Source: a virus
Virus record (IMG/VR): IMGVR_UViG_3300021197_001279
Location: 1-64,000 of that record
Reading direction: 5' to 3' (one strand)
Length of the DNA stretch: 64,000 bases
Below, one piece after another: positions 37,920 through 48,400 of this stretch (its first letter is position 1; every line of letters starts with the position of its first letter). Made by a program: the position numbers and the translations under genes. The notes under the pieces were generated by a model. It did not search any database and was not told the DNA's origin. It saw only the letters and a list, made by a program, of their open reading frames with translations.

Positions 37920-38724
37920 TTCTTTTTACCTCCGCAATGAGGTCTTGAATGTAGAAAATCTCTTCAATAATTTGCTGATTTAGGGGGCTTTGTGCATAGT
38001 CATCCAACTTTGCTCTAACTTTTTGAAAATTTTCGGAAAAGGCATTATTGGCGTTTGCTACAATCTCGGCATCTACGGACTCTTTGAGACGCCCAATCTC
38101 TTCATTTAGATAAGACTTCAGTCCAAGCCCATTATCAGAAAATGATGTAATGTAATTGGTCAATAATTCTTTTTGTTCTTCTCTCAAAGTTCTATCGTAT
38201 GTTTCGTTAAACTTGTTAACAAATGTTTTGTAGGTTAAATTATCAACATGAGCCATCTCTTTTTCTTCTACATCTTCACGAGATAGCAATTCTACCATTC
38301 TCTCTTCTAACATAATTCTCTTTTTAGCATTGAGGGATTTGTTCTGGAAGAATAAGCCAACAGTCGCAATGTCTTTGTAGTTTGGCATAAAGTTAGAATA
38401 GACACTCGCCCCAAGTTGCTTATTGATCTTATTGATCAAGCTTGTTTGAGAATTGAAAACTTGAGTTCTATCAAGTGATTCGAAGTCAACTCTAGATTCC
38501 GTCAAGAGTCTTGTATGGTACTTGTCTTCTAAGTCTTTTGCTTCTAGCAATTCTCTATAGATACCTAATTCATTTGATAGAATTGTGCCTCTTGAAAAAT
38601 ACTCTTTAAGAATAGACTTGATTGTTGACTGTCTGCCAGTATCTTCTCTGACTACTGATCTGGTCAATTCTTTGATCAAGCATTCGTAAAGAAAAGCGGT
38701 ATTTCTTTTCTTATTGTGTTTCAT
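37909..38724 (-). CDS. Hypothetical helical protein following the portal
   Basis: 271 aa; CTATTTA motif at 38779-38785 inside the portal 3' end. Confidence 0.7.
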   Translation of the reverse strand: MKHNKKRNTAFLYECLIKELTRSVVREDTGRQSTIKSILKEYFSRGTILSNELGIYRELLEAKDLEDKYHTRLLTESRVDFESLDRTQVFNSQTSLINKINKQLGASVYSNFMPNYKDIATVGLFFQNKSLNAKKRIMLEERMVELLSREDVEEKEMAHVDNLTYKTFVNKFNETYDRTLREEQKELLTNYITSFSDNGLGLKSYLNEEIGRLKESVDAEIVANANNAFSENFQKVRAKLDDYAQSPLNQQIIEEIFYIQDLIAEVKRNGH

Positions 38725-40645
38725 CTTGATTTCCCTTTGTTAAAGATTCAATTAAATTTTGAAGTTCTGCACTGGTATTAAATAGTTTTGTCTCTTCCAA
38801 AACATCCACTGATTCTTGAACTACGCCACGAGCAAGAGAATCTAATCCGCCGAAGCCAACCTTTCCAGGAAATGTTTTGCGAGAAGTTCCAACTTCACCA
38901 CTGGCCTGGTTTCTCATTTGCTTAGATAGTCCGCCTTTTCTATACGATGCCTGGTGACTCTTATAAGGCCCTCTTTTCTTAGGTCGATCATCTCTTTTAG
39001 CAGGAGGCGCTGCAAGAAGAGGGCTGTCATCCCCATCAGTGTCACCACCAGTGTCACCTCCGGTATCTCCAGCTGTAGGTGTTGCTGGTGTATCGTCGGT
39101 GTCCCCACCTCCTCCAAGATCACCAAGGCCAAGGTCTCCTCCGGTATCGCCACCTAAATCACCTAGTCCGCCACCGGCATCACCTGGTGCATCACCAGCA
39201 CCTGCGGCTTCAAGACTAGCTAAGAACTTACGGTCATGATACATTTCTCTTTGCATCCGGATAAACTCATCCTCTGACAATCCAAGAAGGTTCTCGGCAA
39301 CCCAACGCTTAGAGAAGTACCCTTCGTTAGCGCCTTTAGCAACATCAAACTTTGTCTTCCAGTTTTCAAGTTCTTGCATCTCGGCAATCTTTGAAGGATT
39401 ATTAAGAGATAGACTAAAGTTAAGAAGATCGTCTCCGCGATACCCTAGAGTGTAAAGATGGACAATTCCAATCTTTTCAAGTTCTGCGATTACAACCCTC
39501 TGAAGTCTTTGGATTGTTCTCGCGAATCTAATGTCTTTCTGAGCAAGGGTTGTCTTGTCCTCAGTTGCGCCCTCGCCCATAGACAAGTATGACTGGGGAA
39601 CTTTCAGGGCAGAAAACAACTTATCGCGGAGATACTTAACGTCCTCGATCTGTGAGGTAAAAGTGCCACCAGGAAGGTTAGTAATGTCTGTAGAGGATTG
39701 TCCGCCTCTAATTGGTACAAAGTAGTCTTCTTCAATTGAAAGAGGGTTGTAACGTAAATCTACGCGGCCTGTGGTAGGGTCTACAACCTGGTGTCTTTTC
39801 ATTTGGGTCATAACCTTTTGCATGTACTGCTCCACATCTTGTGGTGCGATTCCGCCAACGTCAATCTTAAATACACGACGATCAGTGGCACGAACAATTC
39901 GGTATGCCATCATAGCATCTTCAAGAAGCGTTAACTGTCTCCAGATTCGCCGAGCCGGCTCAAGAACAGATGTACCATAAGGAGCATGTTTATCATGACC
40001 GAGAACTCTGAAGTGAGCAACCTGCCAATTTTCCAGGGTCAAACCAGCGGTGTTCCATTGGAACTGAATGTAATTTGGATTTGTCTTATCCTCGCCCTCT
40101 AATCTCTCAATCTCTTGAGATGGGAGACCAATGCAGTTTGTAATACCACGCAAGTCGTCAATGTCCAAGTACAAGAACAAATCTCCATACTTACACATGG
40201 TACGTGCCCAACCAAATAGATTGTGTTCGATGTTCAGTGTGTCACGATACAAAGAGTCAAGAACAAACTTTATCTCTTCATTAGCACACTTAATGTGCAT
40301 CATTGGGGTAAGGGTCGAATGGGTTGTCATCTCGTCTGCATAGATGTCAAGCGAAGAAGCAATCTCTGGTGTGTATTCCATCTGGTCAAAATCTACGTAA
40401 CGTTCAGAACGATTACGGTTAGAGATCATGTTAACCGTGGTGACATTCATCGGGTTGTATTCTGACTTCTTAAATTGTTGACCTGAGGCTGACCTGAATC
40501 TTGAAGCGTACATATCCAAATGTCTTCTTCTTAATTGTCTTCCAGACTGTGTTCTTCGCCTAACAAGAGGCCCAGAGAATACTTTTGTCAATGACTTGAA
40601 CAAATCATTTTGATTATTGTTTGGGTTTCTATCGTTCTTTGCCAT
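38711..40645 (-). CDS. Portal protein (gp20-like)
   Basis: 'LLEDAMMAYRIVRATDRRVFKIDVG', 'EEDYFVP.RG', 'LPGG', 'ALKVP', 'DIRFARTIQRLQ'. Confidence 0.95.
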   Translation of the reverse strand: MAKNDRNPNNNQNDLFKSLTKVFSGPLVRRRTQSGRQLRRRHLDMYASRFRSASGQQFKKSEYNPMNVTTVNMISNRNRSERYVDFDQMEYTPEIASSLDIYADEMTTHSTLTPMMHIKCANEEIKFVLDSLYRDTLNIEHNLFGWARTMCKYGDLFLYLDIDDLRGITNCIGLPSQEIERLEGEDKTNPNYIQFQWNTAGLTLENWQVAHFRVLGHDKHAPYGTSVLEPARRIWRQLTLLEDAMMAYRIVRATDRRVFKIDVGGIAPQDVEQYMQKVMTQMKRHQVVDPTTGRVDLRYNPLSIEEDYFVPIRGGQSSTDITNLPGGTFTSQIEDVKYLRDKLFSALKVPQSYLSMGEGATEDKTTLAQKDIRFARTIQRLQRVVIAELEKIGIVHLYTLGYRGDDLLNFSLSLNNPSKIAEMQELENWKTKFDVAKGANEGYFSKRWVAENLLGLSEDEFIRMQREMYHDRKFLASLEAAGAGDAPGDAGGGLGDLGGDTGGDLGLGDLGGGGDTDDTPATPTAGDTGGDTGGDTDGDDSPLLAAPPAKRDDRPKKRGPYKSHQASYRKGGLSKQMRNQASGEVGTSRKTFPGKVGFGGLDSLARGVVQESVDVLEETKLFNTSAELQNLIESLTKGNQDETQ

Positions 40646-40648
40646 TTT

Positions 40649-42232
40649 TTATCCTTTGTAAATCCAGAAAAATTCTTTTGCTTGCTTTATCTCTTCTTCA
40701 TACTTTTGAGAAAATGATTGAGAATATCCTTGCTGTCCTCTAATCTGTGTATTCATTCTTGTCTCTGACTTCATTATGCCACCAAGCATAGCTTTTTTGT
40801 ATTCGACCTCCACTTGGTTGGCCTGCAGGGCTGTGTCTCGAACCCAACAACCAATTGCTAATGCCATAACTAGATCGTCATGATAAGAACGCATGGCTTG
40901 GGGTTTGCCGTTATGCCAAATAAAAGTCTTTAATTCGTGAAATAACCTCGTAGAGTGTATACTAATTAGTTTGTTTCTGATGAACTCTTCTAATTTTGCT
41001 ACAATAAGGGGCCTTGTTTTTGTTGAAGTAGTAAATCCAGGCACTGCTCTATCATCATAAGCACCTTTGTATGCTTCAACATATTCATGAGTTCCCTTTA
41101 TTGAGTAGTACAAGTTTGGATAAGCAAGGTCCTTTAGTTTTTCCAAAACAGAGATCCCAATACCGTTGTTCTCAACAACAAGCAGACAATCTCCATACTC
41201 TTTACCTGCATCAAACAGGATCTGTGAGTAGAGGTCTAACGATGGCTTACCTTGATACTCAGCAACAATAGACATGTTATCAACACGTATTACGTGAAAA
41301 ACAGATGAGTCCTGACCATCGCCCCTCGCAACGTCCGCTACCAAGAGATAAGATGCTTCCTCAATGTGCTTCTCCCAAATCCAAAAGTTTCTATCGTGTC
41401 CTGTTCTATAGATTGGATCTTGCTGGCATTCGAACAACCACTGCATGTCATCAGGGTGAACTACAGTATCACCGGATGTATTGAAGTTACACTCTAACTC
41501 CTGTGCAATTTGTCTTCGAGACATGTTCTTTGTCTCTTTCTCAAACCATTCTTGGTTCCTATCGGGATGCACATCCCAGGGTAAATTAATTGGGTGAAAA
41601 TCGTTCTCTTCTGACTCTGCATCAACGTAAGTCTTGTGGAACCAATTTCCTACCCCATTTGGGGTTGACAATGCGATACAACGTCCACCAGTTGACAAGG
41701 TAGGGTAAAGACCGGTCCATAGATCTTCCAGGCCGTCTACGTGCGCTGCCTCGTCTATAACGAGCAGTGATAATGCTTCCGAACGACCAGCATCACCAGA
41801 GGTGGTTCCTGCTTTAATTTGTGATCCGTTATTAAGTTCAAATGCTGTCCTATTGTCAACAGAGATTTTTGCAATCTTGATAAAGTCTGGTAGATTGTTT
41901 GTAATTGCCTTTACTTTCTTTACAAGGTTTGCTGCTGTCTGAAACTTGGTTGCGATGACAAGAATGTTCTTGTCTCGATGAAACATCATAAACCAGACAA
42001 TGTACCCGGCAGAGATTGTCGAGATACCTAACTGTCTGGCTTTCAGAATGATGTTGAAACGATAATCGTTAAAATCCTTAAGCAGGTCCTTCTGGTAGTC
42101 GTAAGTCTTGAATGGAATCAAGCCGTGCATAGGATGAGAAATGCGACAGTAGTTATCAATGAAGTATTGAGGACTCTTGCCGCATCTAATTATCTCTTGA
42201 ACTTTTTCGTTTTTGGAAAGTTTATAACCCAT
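40649..42232 (-). CDS. Terminase large subunit (gp17-like)
   Basis: 'KARQLGIST' Walker A, 'LLVIDEAAH' Walker B, 'STPNG', nuclease 'DVARG...D', 'HDDLVMA'. Confidence 0.95.
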   Translation of the reverse strand: MGYKLSKNEKVQEIIRCGKSPQYFIDNYCRISHPMHGLIPFKTYDYQKDLLKDFNDYRFNIILKARQLGISTISAGYIVWFMMFHRDKNILVIATKFQTAANLVKKVKAITNNLPDFIKIAKISVDNRTAFELNNGSQIKAGTTSGDAGRSEALSLLVIDEAAHVDGLEDLWTGLYPTLSTGGRCIALSTPNGVGNWFHKTYVDAESEENDFHPINLPWDVHPDRNQEWFEKETKNMSRRQIAQELECNFNTSGDTVVHPDDMQWLFECQQDPIYRTGHDRNFWIWEKHIEEASYLLVADVARGDGQDSSVFHVIRVDNMSIVAEYQGKPSLDLYSQILFDAGKEYGDCLLVVENNGIGISVLEKLKDLAYPNLYYSIKGTHEYVEAYKGAYDDRAVPGFTTSTKTRPLIVAKLEEFIRNKLISIHSTRLFHELKTFIWHNGKPQAMRSYHDDLVMALAIGCWVRDTALQANQVEVEYKKAMLGGIMKSETRMNTQIRGQQGYSQSFSQKYEEEIKQAKEFFWIYKG

Positions 42233-42241
42233 TTAATCCTT

Positions 42242-42718
42242 TTATAGATTTCCCTGTTGCTTCAGGAGGTTTTGTATTTCTTTAACAAGCGAATCCGAAA
42301 TGTCTTCTTCTAGTTCCTCTGGTTCATCAGGAATAGCGGCAAGAGATGCTTCAACTGCTTCCGGATCATTACGCATTAAATCAACCGAGCGTGGAGTCTG
42401 CCCAGGGAAAAGAAGTGGGTTTCGGAGAATAAGCGCCTTAAAGACATCAGATAATTCTGGATCTATCTGTGAGATCTTTTCAAAGTCCATGTCCATCTGA
42501 GCCGTGTCTCTACCGCCGTTGTAACGTGCGAATAATTCTGCAAAGGCCGCTTGAGAACCTAAATCAAAACCAAGACCAGGCTGATTGTCCAGGACATCAT
42601 CAGCGCTAATGTCTTCGATACCAGCGCCAACAGGCTCGGCATGCTCTTCTTCTTTAATTCTCTGATACTCTTCTTTGACGATTTGGTCAAGTCTTTCTTT
42701 TGTAATCTTAAGTTTCAT
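42242..42718 (-). CDS. Acidic protein with 'MKLKITKERLDQIVKEE' leader; candidate internal head protein
   Basis: Leader resembles that of 45106-45426. Confidence 0.65.
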   Translation of the reverse strand: MKLKITKERLDQIVKEEYQRIKEEEHAEPVGAGIEDISADDVLDNQPGLGFDLGSQAAFAELFARYNGGRDTAQMDMDFEKISQIDPELSDVFKALILRNPLLFPGQTPRSVDLMRNDPEAVEASLAAIPDEPEELEEDISDSLVKEIQNLLKQQGNL

Positions 42719-43257
42719 TGTTCGGTTCCTCTTGTATCATTTGAAGGTCTCTTATCAGAGAATTGTTCTAAAAATTTTCTTGTGACATCACGTTCAGTGT
42801 CTTCAGAAGGCTGGAGGATTGGATCTGACTTCATTCCTGAGATTGTGTAGTGTTGGTATGCCTGAACGAAAGTTCGAACACGAGAGGTGCTTTGTACGAG
42901 GATTTGAGGCTGTCCCTTGGCAGACAAGCGAACAGAGTTTCCTGTAAGTGCCTTATATTCTCTTTGAAGGAACTTCTTGATCTCATTAAGCATTCTGGCG
43001 ATTTCTTGGTCGTACTTTGGATCTTTAACATCCTCAAGACGAGTATCGCTTTGATAATTAATAATCATTGAGTTTCCGTAGAACTTTACAGAAAAACCAT
43101 CGTTAACTCTTTTATCAATAATTGGATGCCCTTGCTCTCGATTAAGGCCAACTTTTCTTGCTTGACCGTCAAGAGAGTATCTCTCATCATGTGCGCCATC
43201 GTAGGCGTTTGCGGCTGCTTGAGCAAGCCCTTGAACAATTTCGTATGTTGAACTCAT
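42715..43257 (-). CDS. Hypothetical protein
   Basis: 180-aa ORF coupled by ATGA overlaps. Confidence 0.7.
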   Translation of the reverse strand: MSSTYEIVQGLAQAAANAYDGAHDERYSLDGQARKVGLNREQGHPIIDKRVNDGFSVKFYGNSMIINYQSDTRLEDVKDPKYDQEIARMLNEIKKFLQREYKALTGNSVRLSAKGQPQILVQSTSRVRTFVQAYQHYTISGMKSDPILQPSEDTERDVTRKFLEQFSDKRPSNDTRGTEQ

Positions 43258-43628
43258 TTATTTGGTCTCCATCCCGTTTTCCATCTTTCTTCTCTGCCCT
43301 CGACCCATTGTATGTAACATTCTTCGCAACATTCAAATTTGGTCATGTACACATCATCATTTGATTTAAACGAATAAGTATTACAAACTGGGCAAGAGCG
43401 CTTGGACTCTTCTTTAACTAGTTTTCTCGGAATAAAAACGCCTTCGACCTCTACTTTGTCATAGTCTTCTAACGTCTCTCTCACGTAAGTTTCTTTGAGT
43501 CCGGCAACGTACTGTTGTTCTTTTTCGTTGTCCCATAATGATTTTGGGTTTACAACAGTATCTTTGCCATACTTTTTTGCTATCGCTTGCTCTATCTTAA
43601 CAGCGTAGTTTGGATCTTTATTGGGCAC
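43254..43628 (-). CDS. Zn-finger protein
   Basis: CPVC...CCEEC; GTG start at 43628 after GAGGTG. Confidence 0.65.
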   Translation of the reverse strand: MPNKDPNYAVKIEQAIAKKYGKDTVVNPKSLWDNEKEQQYVAGLKETYVRETLEDYDKVEVEGVFIPRKLVKEESKRSCPVCNTYSFKSNDDVYMTKFECCEECYIQWVEGREERWKTGWRPNK

Positions 43629-44049
43629 TCTCACCTCTCTCTTGCCAATCGTAAGAAATAGTGTCCTCCTCAATCGGGCCGCCTTTTGCCCATGTTCTGC
43701 ATGAGCGTGCGCTATGACACTTAAAATGATGCATCCAGCAATAACCTAAACGACCATCGTCATCAGAAGTAACACCGGGCATACAGTCATCCATCCTTGG
43801 ACTAATGTCAAAAGCAACACAATTGCCGCAATTTGATTTTTTAGCGGCTTTCTCAGTTGTGTTCCAGTACTCAGCAATGTCTTTCCAGTAATCACCTGGC
43901 TCTTCTACATTAAGAGGGCCGTACTGGATGTGTTCTGCTTTGATTGAAGCATCACGATTCTTTGTGTTTAACTCCAAATCCTGTGTTGCCTCAGGGCATG
44001 CAAATCCCATAAGTTGCTTCATTGCTTTGATAATTCTAATTTTAATCAT
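43618..44049 (-). CDS. Cys-rich, HiPIP-like metal/Fe-S-binding protein
   Basis: 'CGNCVAF...GYCWMHHFKCHSARSCRTW'. Start moved to the ATG at 44049 (ATGA overlap). Confidence 0.55.
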   Translation of the reverse strand: MIKIRIIKAMKQLMGFACPEATQDLELNTKNRDASIKAEHIQYGPLNVEEPGDYWKDIAEYWNTTEKAAKKSNCGNCVAFDISPRMDDCMPGVTSDDDGRLGYCWMHHFKCHSARSCRTWAKGGPIEEDTISYDWQERGESAQ

Positions 44050-44444
44050 TGTATGTTTTTCGCTGCGTAATAAGTCGCAATCGATGCTCCTGTTCCTATT
44101 CCGAAACCTGCTAAAAACCAACCAATTGTGCGGTATGGGCTTTGTTGTTTCTGTAGTATTTCTATTTCTTCATCTCGCAAACCAATTAAAGTCTCGCTTT
44201 TCTTCTTTTCAATTTCAAGTTCTGCCTTTACGTATTCCATCTCTAAAGCATGTTGAGCAGCAAGAGTCTTCCCTTGGTACTGTAAAGAAATTTGGCACTG
44301 CTCTTGCAACTCTTCGTTGCTAGCAATTAAATTAACAACTGCTTCGTCGTTGAATAGTCTACCATCAATAGGGGCAGGATCACCCTTCTTTATAGTATAA
44401 CTCAAAGGCTCAGCAATTGCAAGCGAAAAAAACAAAAAAATCAT
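44046..44444 (-). CDS. Signal peptide + coiled coil + C-terminal TM protein (spanin-like partner?)
   Basis: 'MIFLFFSLAIA' signal without a lipobox Cys; heptad region; 'GWFLAGFGIGTGASIATYY' TM. Confidence 0.5.
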   Translation of the reverse strand: MIFLFFSLAIAEPLSYTIKKGDPAPIDGRLFNDEAVVNLIASNEELQEQCQISLQYQGKTLAAQHALEMEYVKAELEIEKKKSETLIGLRDEEIEILQKQQSPYRTIGWFLAGFGIGTGASIATYYAAKNIQ

Positions 44445-44839
44445 TTATTTTTAATCCCAAATTCTTTGTAGAGTATGTCGTCAATAACTTTTGGGTCATG
44501 ACTGTTCTCTATCAACAGTTCCTTAACCCGCTCTGCTCGTCTTTTCTTTAACTCGTCACGAGATTCGTGCATCTGTCTGTCCGCAACTGCAATTGCTTTC
44601 TTGTACTTCTCTTGCGCTTTTTGCTTAAGATCATCTTCTTCAGCATCTAGATTTTTTAGAGCCTTGCGTTCTTTTTTATACAACTCTCTTGTTGACTTAA
44701 GTTGTTCCTTGGCAGCAGCAGTTCTTCTGTTTCCGGCAAGAAATGCAATTAAGATGGATGCACCAATGACCAGCACTTTCCAATTGTGTTTACACCACAG
44801 TTTAAATGCTGGCCACCAGGTCATTATCCATGTCTCCAA
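44441..44839 (-). CDS. N-terminal TM + coiled-coil protein (i-spanin/Rz-like)
   Basis: 'VLVIGASILIAFLAG' followed by a charged coiled coil; follows the holin-like gene. Confidence 0.5.
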   Translation of the reverse strand: METWIMTWWPAFKLWCKHNWKVLVIGASILIAFLAGNRRTAAAKEQLKSTRELYKKERKALKNLDAEEDDLKQKAQEKYKKAIAVADRQMHESRDELKKRRAERVKELLIENSHDPKVIDDILYKEFGIKNK

Positions 44840-45102
44840 GTCTTAGCAAGGTCAATGGCAGATTGTCCGCCGATGTACATCATTGCAATAAGACCCCAGG
44901 TATCCGGGTCAAGAGTTGACCAGATCATAAGAGCGGTTGCAACACCAAACACAAGAAGCTTTCTTGAGATTAGTTTTTCTTGAACCCCATCAAGGATTCC
45001 TTTCTCTGGGTCATCAAGGTGCAACTGAGCAGCAACACTTTCGCAATCGATGCTTTCAACGACAGCTTCTACTCTGTCTATTACTTCTTCTTTTAAATCC
45101 AT
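44824..45102 (-). CDS. Holin-like two-TM membrane protein
   Basis: 'ISRKLLVFGVATALMIW...WGLIAMMYIGGQSAID'. Confidence 0.55.
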   Translation of the reverse strand: MDLKEEVIDRVEAVVESIDCESVAAQLHLDDPEKGILDGVQEKLISRKLLVFGVATALMIWSTLDPDTWGLIAMMYIGGQSAIDLAKTWRHG

Positions 45103-45105
45103 TTT

Positions 45106-45426
45106 TTACTTCTCCTCTTCGAGTTTTCTAAGTCTTTCAATCTCTCTTTTAAGTTCTTTAGAAATAGGAGGTGTCTTTTTACCATCATCCATTAATCTCA
45201 TGAACATCCGAGCAGTACTGGTAAGTTTAGCGGCAGCTTTTTCCTCTGGTGTTTTTCCAGCAGAGCGAGGTGTCCCCATTCTTCCGAGTCCTTTTGCACC
45301 TGACTGAGCATCAGCCTTTCGTTTAGCATACTCCTCATCGCTTTCACCTTTGGCCCTGTAGACCTCACCCATTGCATCAAGTTCTTCTAAGATCATCTTT
45401 ACTAATCTTTCTTCTGTAAGTTTCAT
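45106..45426 (-). CDS. Small protein with 'MKLTEERLVKMILEEL' leader; candidate internal head protein
   Basis: Start moved to the ATG at 45426 (GGAG SD); CTATTTA at 45470-45476. Confidence 0.65.
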   Translation of the reverse strand: MKLTEERLVKMILEELDAMGEVYRAKGESDEEYAKRKADAQSGAKGLGRMGTPRSAGKTPEEKAAAKLTSTARMFMRLMDDGKKTPPISKELKREIERLRKLEEEK

Positions 45427-45469
45427 TTTTTTGTCTCCATAAAGCAAAAAACCTATCTAGATTTTACTC

Positions 45470-45476
45470 TAAATAG
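45470..45476 (-). promoter_or_regulatory. Putative late promoter motif CTATTTA opening the lysis-packaging-head block
   Basis: Intergenic, just after the SbcDC fusion stop. Confidence 0.55.
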
Positions 45477-45485
45477 GCTTCAAGT

Positions 45486-48400
45486 TTAGATTTGGACGTG
45501 TGCGTATCCGTCTTTCTTCTGTATGTCAATTGTCATATCAACAACGTCTTTGAGAGTTTCGAGGTGTGAAATCAACAGAACCGTCTTAAATTGTGACTTA
45601 ATCATTTGAAGAAGTCTGATAAAACCGTCCATGTGTTCTGCATCCAATGCCGTTGCCGGTTCGTCAAGAATAAACAATTCCGATTTTGGAAGATTGGTTA
45701 TCGAGATTAGACCTAAGCGAATAGCCATCGAAGCAATTGTCTTTTCTGCTCCGGAACCCATCGATAAAGGTCGAGGATCGTATTTTGGATGTTTAATGTA
45801 GATTTCAAGTTTGCTGCCAACGTTATCAAAGAATACTTCAAAGTCAACAATACTGTTTAGAATCTTTGCAATCTCTGAGTTGATGACTGATAGCATTGAC
45901 CTGATAACTCTATAAGAAACCCCATTGGGATGCATTGCCTGGATGAAAAGATCGTATGCAATGTAATCTCTCTCATAAGTTTGAATCTCTGCTAGTTTTG
46001 CTTCTGCCTCCTTTATTTGTTGTCGGGTTGCCCCTTCTTCAGATACAAGACCCATTGTCTTCTTTTCGCACCGAGTGAGATCACGAGTCTTGTTTTCAAT
46101 CATTGCCCTGACAGATCTAACGTCTCTTTTTAGAGAATCAATGTTATCAAATGCTTCTTGGTTTTCATAGTAGTGATCTTTCTTCTTTCTTAGTTCTCTA
46201 ATCTCTGACTTAACGAGTTGCTTTGTTGCTTGCCACATTTGAATTTGAGTTGTGATCTTTTGGATCTTGGCCTCAAAGTCTGACTTTTGCTCTTCAAAGC
46301 TGACAAGTTGTTCGCGTTGCTGCGTTATGGTATCAAAGTCAAGTGCTTCCATTTCGGACTCTAAGAATGCAATCTCATCTTGTAGATTACTAATTTGCGC
46401 TTCAATAGCTGGGGCATCTGCCTTTGCTTTGTTAGCATCCTTAACAAACTTGTTGTCAGAACAAAATCTACAATTAGGATCGTATTCGTGATCATGCAGC
46501 ATAGCAATCTTTTTATTTAGATTACGCAACTTGGTTTCTTTTGGCCTAAGATCGAGTGTCATCTGTTCATGTTCGTACAGTAATTCTTTATGCTTTTGAA
46601 CTAAAACATCCAATCTAGATAATTCTTCTGGGTCAATCTTGGATACTACATCTTCAAGTTTTGTTTGAAACTCAGTACGAGAGATTCCCATTAATTTAAT
46701 TTTACCAACAAGATTAGATTTCTCTCTTGTCTTTTCCTCCAGGTCAGTTTCAATCTGAGTTATGTCAATCCACCCATCTTCTACGGAACGAAGCTGGTCT
46801 TCGATGAGGTCCGATTCTTCTTCCAGTTCCTTTATTCTTGCTTTAAGTTTCTCGCATAAACCAGACTGTTGCGCTATCTCTTCTAAAATTTCTTCTAGCG
46901 CCTCTTGTCCATGAACCAGTTTCTTATGCCAATCAATGGTACTAAGGTGTTTAATAATACCCTTAAGTTCCGCAGAGTCTTTCTTGGCGAGTTTATGTTT
47001 CTCTTCAAACATCTGTAGATCAAGGAATTTAGCCAGAATCTCTTTACGCTTTGTAGACCCCTCGTTAATGAAGCCTAGAGAATCAAGTTGGGAGGACATA
47101 GAGGTGATCATGAAATCTTCAAAGGTACCAAATGCTCTTCTGATGTTCAGGTCTGTCTCATTACGAGTTGTGCCATTCTTGCTTTCTGCCATCGTTCCAA
47201 GAGCATACTTGGTAAAGTCTAGGTCTGTTTTTGCTTCTTTTGTTACAGTACCTTTGCTCTTCTTCTCATAGGATTCAAGGGAGCGAGTGATTTTGAATGT
47301 GTCGTTCCCTACCCCTATTTCAAGCTGTACCCTGGCCCTGTCTTTGTTCTGGTTAATAAGGTGGACATTCTTCCTTTCAGTCTTTGAAGTTGTATTGAAC
47401 ATCCCAAAAAGAACAGAGTCAATGATACTTGACTTTCCAGAGTAGTTCTTTCCAAAGATACCTACAAGCCCGTTGAGTTTAGTGAAATCAAGTTCATTTT
47501 TCTCTCCATAGTTAAACAAGTTGTTCCACTTCATCTTTCGAAGCTTCCAAATAATGTTTCTGGAGATATCTTCACTTGTTTCAATTTGCTTGTTATAGTT
47601 GGAGTTTAATTCAATAATCCTATCCAAAACATCATCAGTGATTTCTTTATCACCCAAGAATTCTTTAATGTACTTCTCTTGTGTATTTGGGTCTCGCATG
47701 TTGATAATCTTGCTGTCTGGATTATCTCCATCCAAGCCCAGACCAGAATAGCCTGCCTTGTTGACGAAATTGACCGTATAGGCACTCCATTTGGTTCGGG
47801 CATAGTCACAGGCCCTACGCAACTTTGCTAGCGGTAGATTGTAATGTGAGACCAATCTGAGCCTAGCGTTCCTTGGGACATCAGCCTTTGGTAAAGTACC
47901 ATCTTGATTAATCTGAACTGTTACAAATGGTCGTGGCGACATAAACAGTCTTGGTTCAACTTTAAACTTCTTTTTGCCTCGAATGTCCCATAGCAAATAA
48001 CCTTTGAGGAGAGATTCTCCAAAGTTCTGTTGTACTGTTGATCCGGCGTACCAAATACGACCTTCTTCATCAAGCTTTTGTTTTCTGTGGATATCTCCGA
48101 GCATAGCATAATCAAACTCATCAAAAATGTTGATTGAATCTTCACCGCTTTCTAGAGTGAACCCGTCCGAGATCTTGCAGCCACGAATCGCTCCATGATA
48201 AAGGGCAATGTTAATCCTAGACTTGCTGCTCGGAGCCATCCAGTTATCTCGGTCAAATACCGAAAGAACATTAAGGGTTATCTTTTTTCCCAATCTTGTT
48301 TCCCCAGAATTCTTCAAAAGGTGTAAGTTGGGGTGCCCAAGGGTTTCTATAATTGGCGTTATTGCATCCTGTCTATTATCGTTCTTTAGGTTACCATCGT

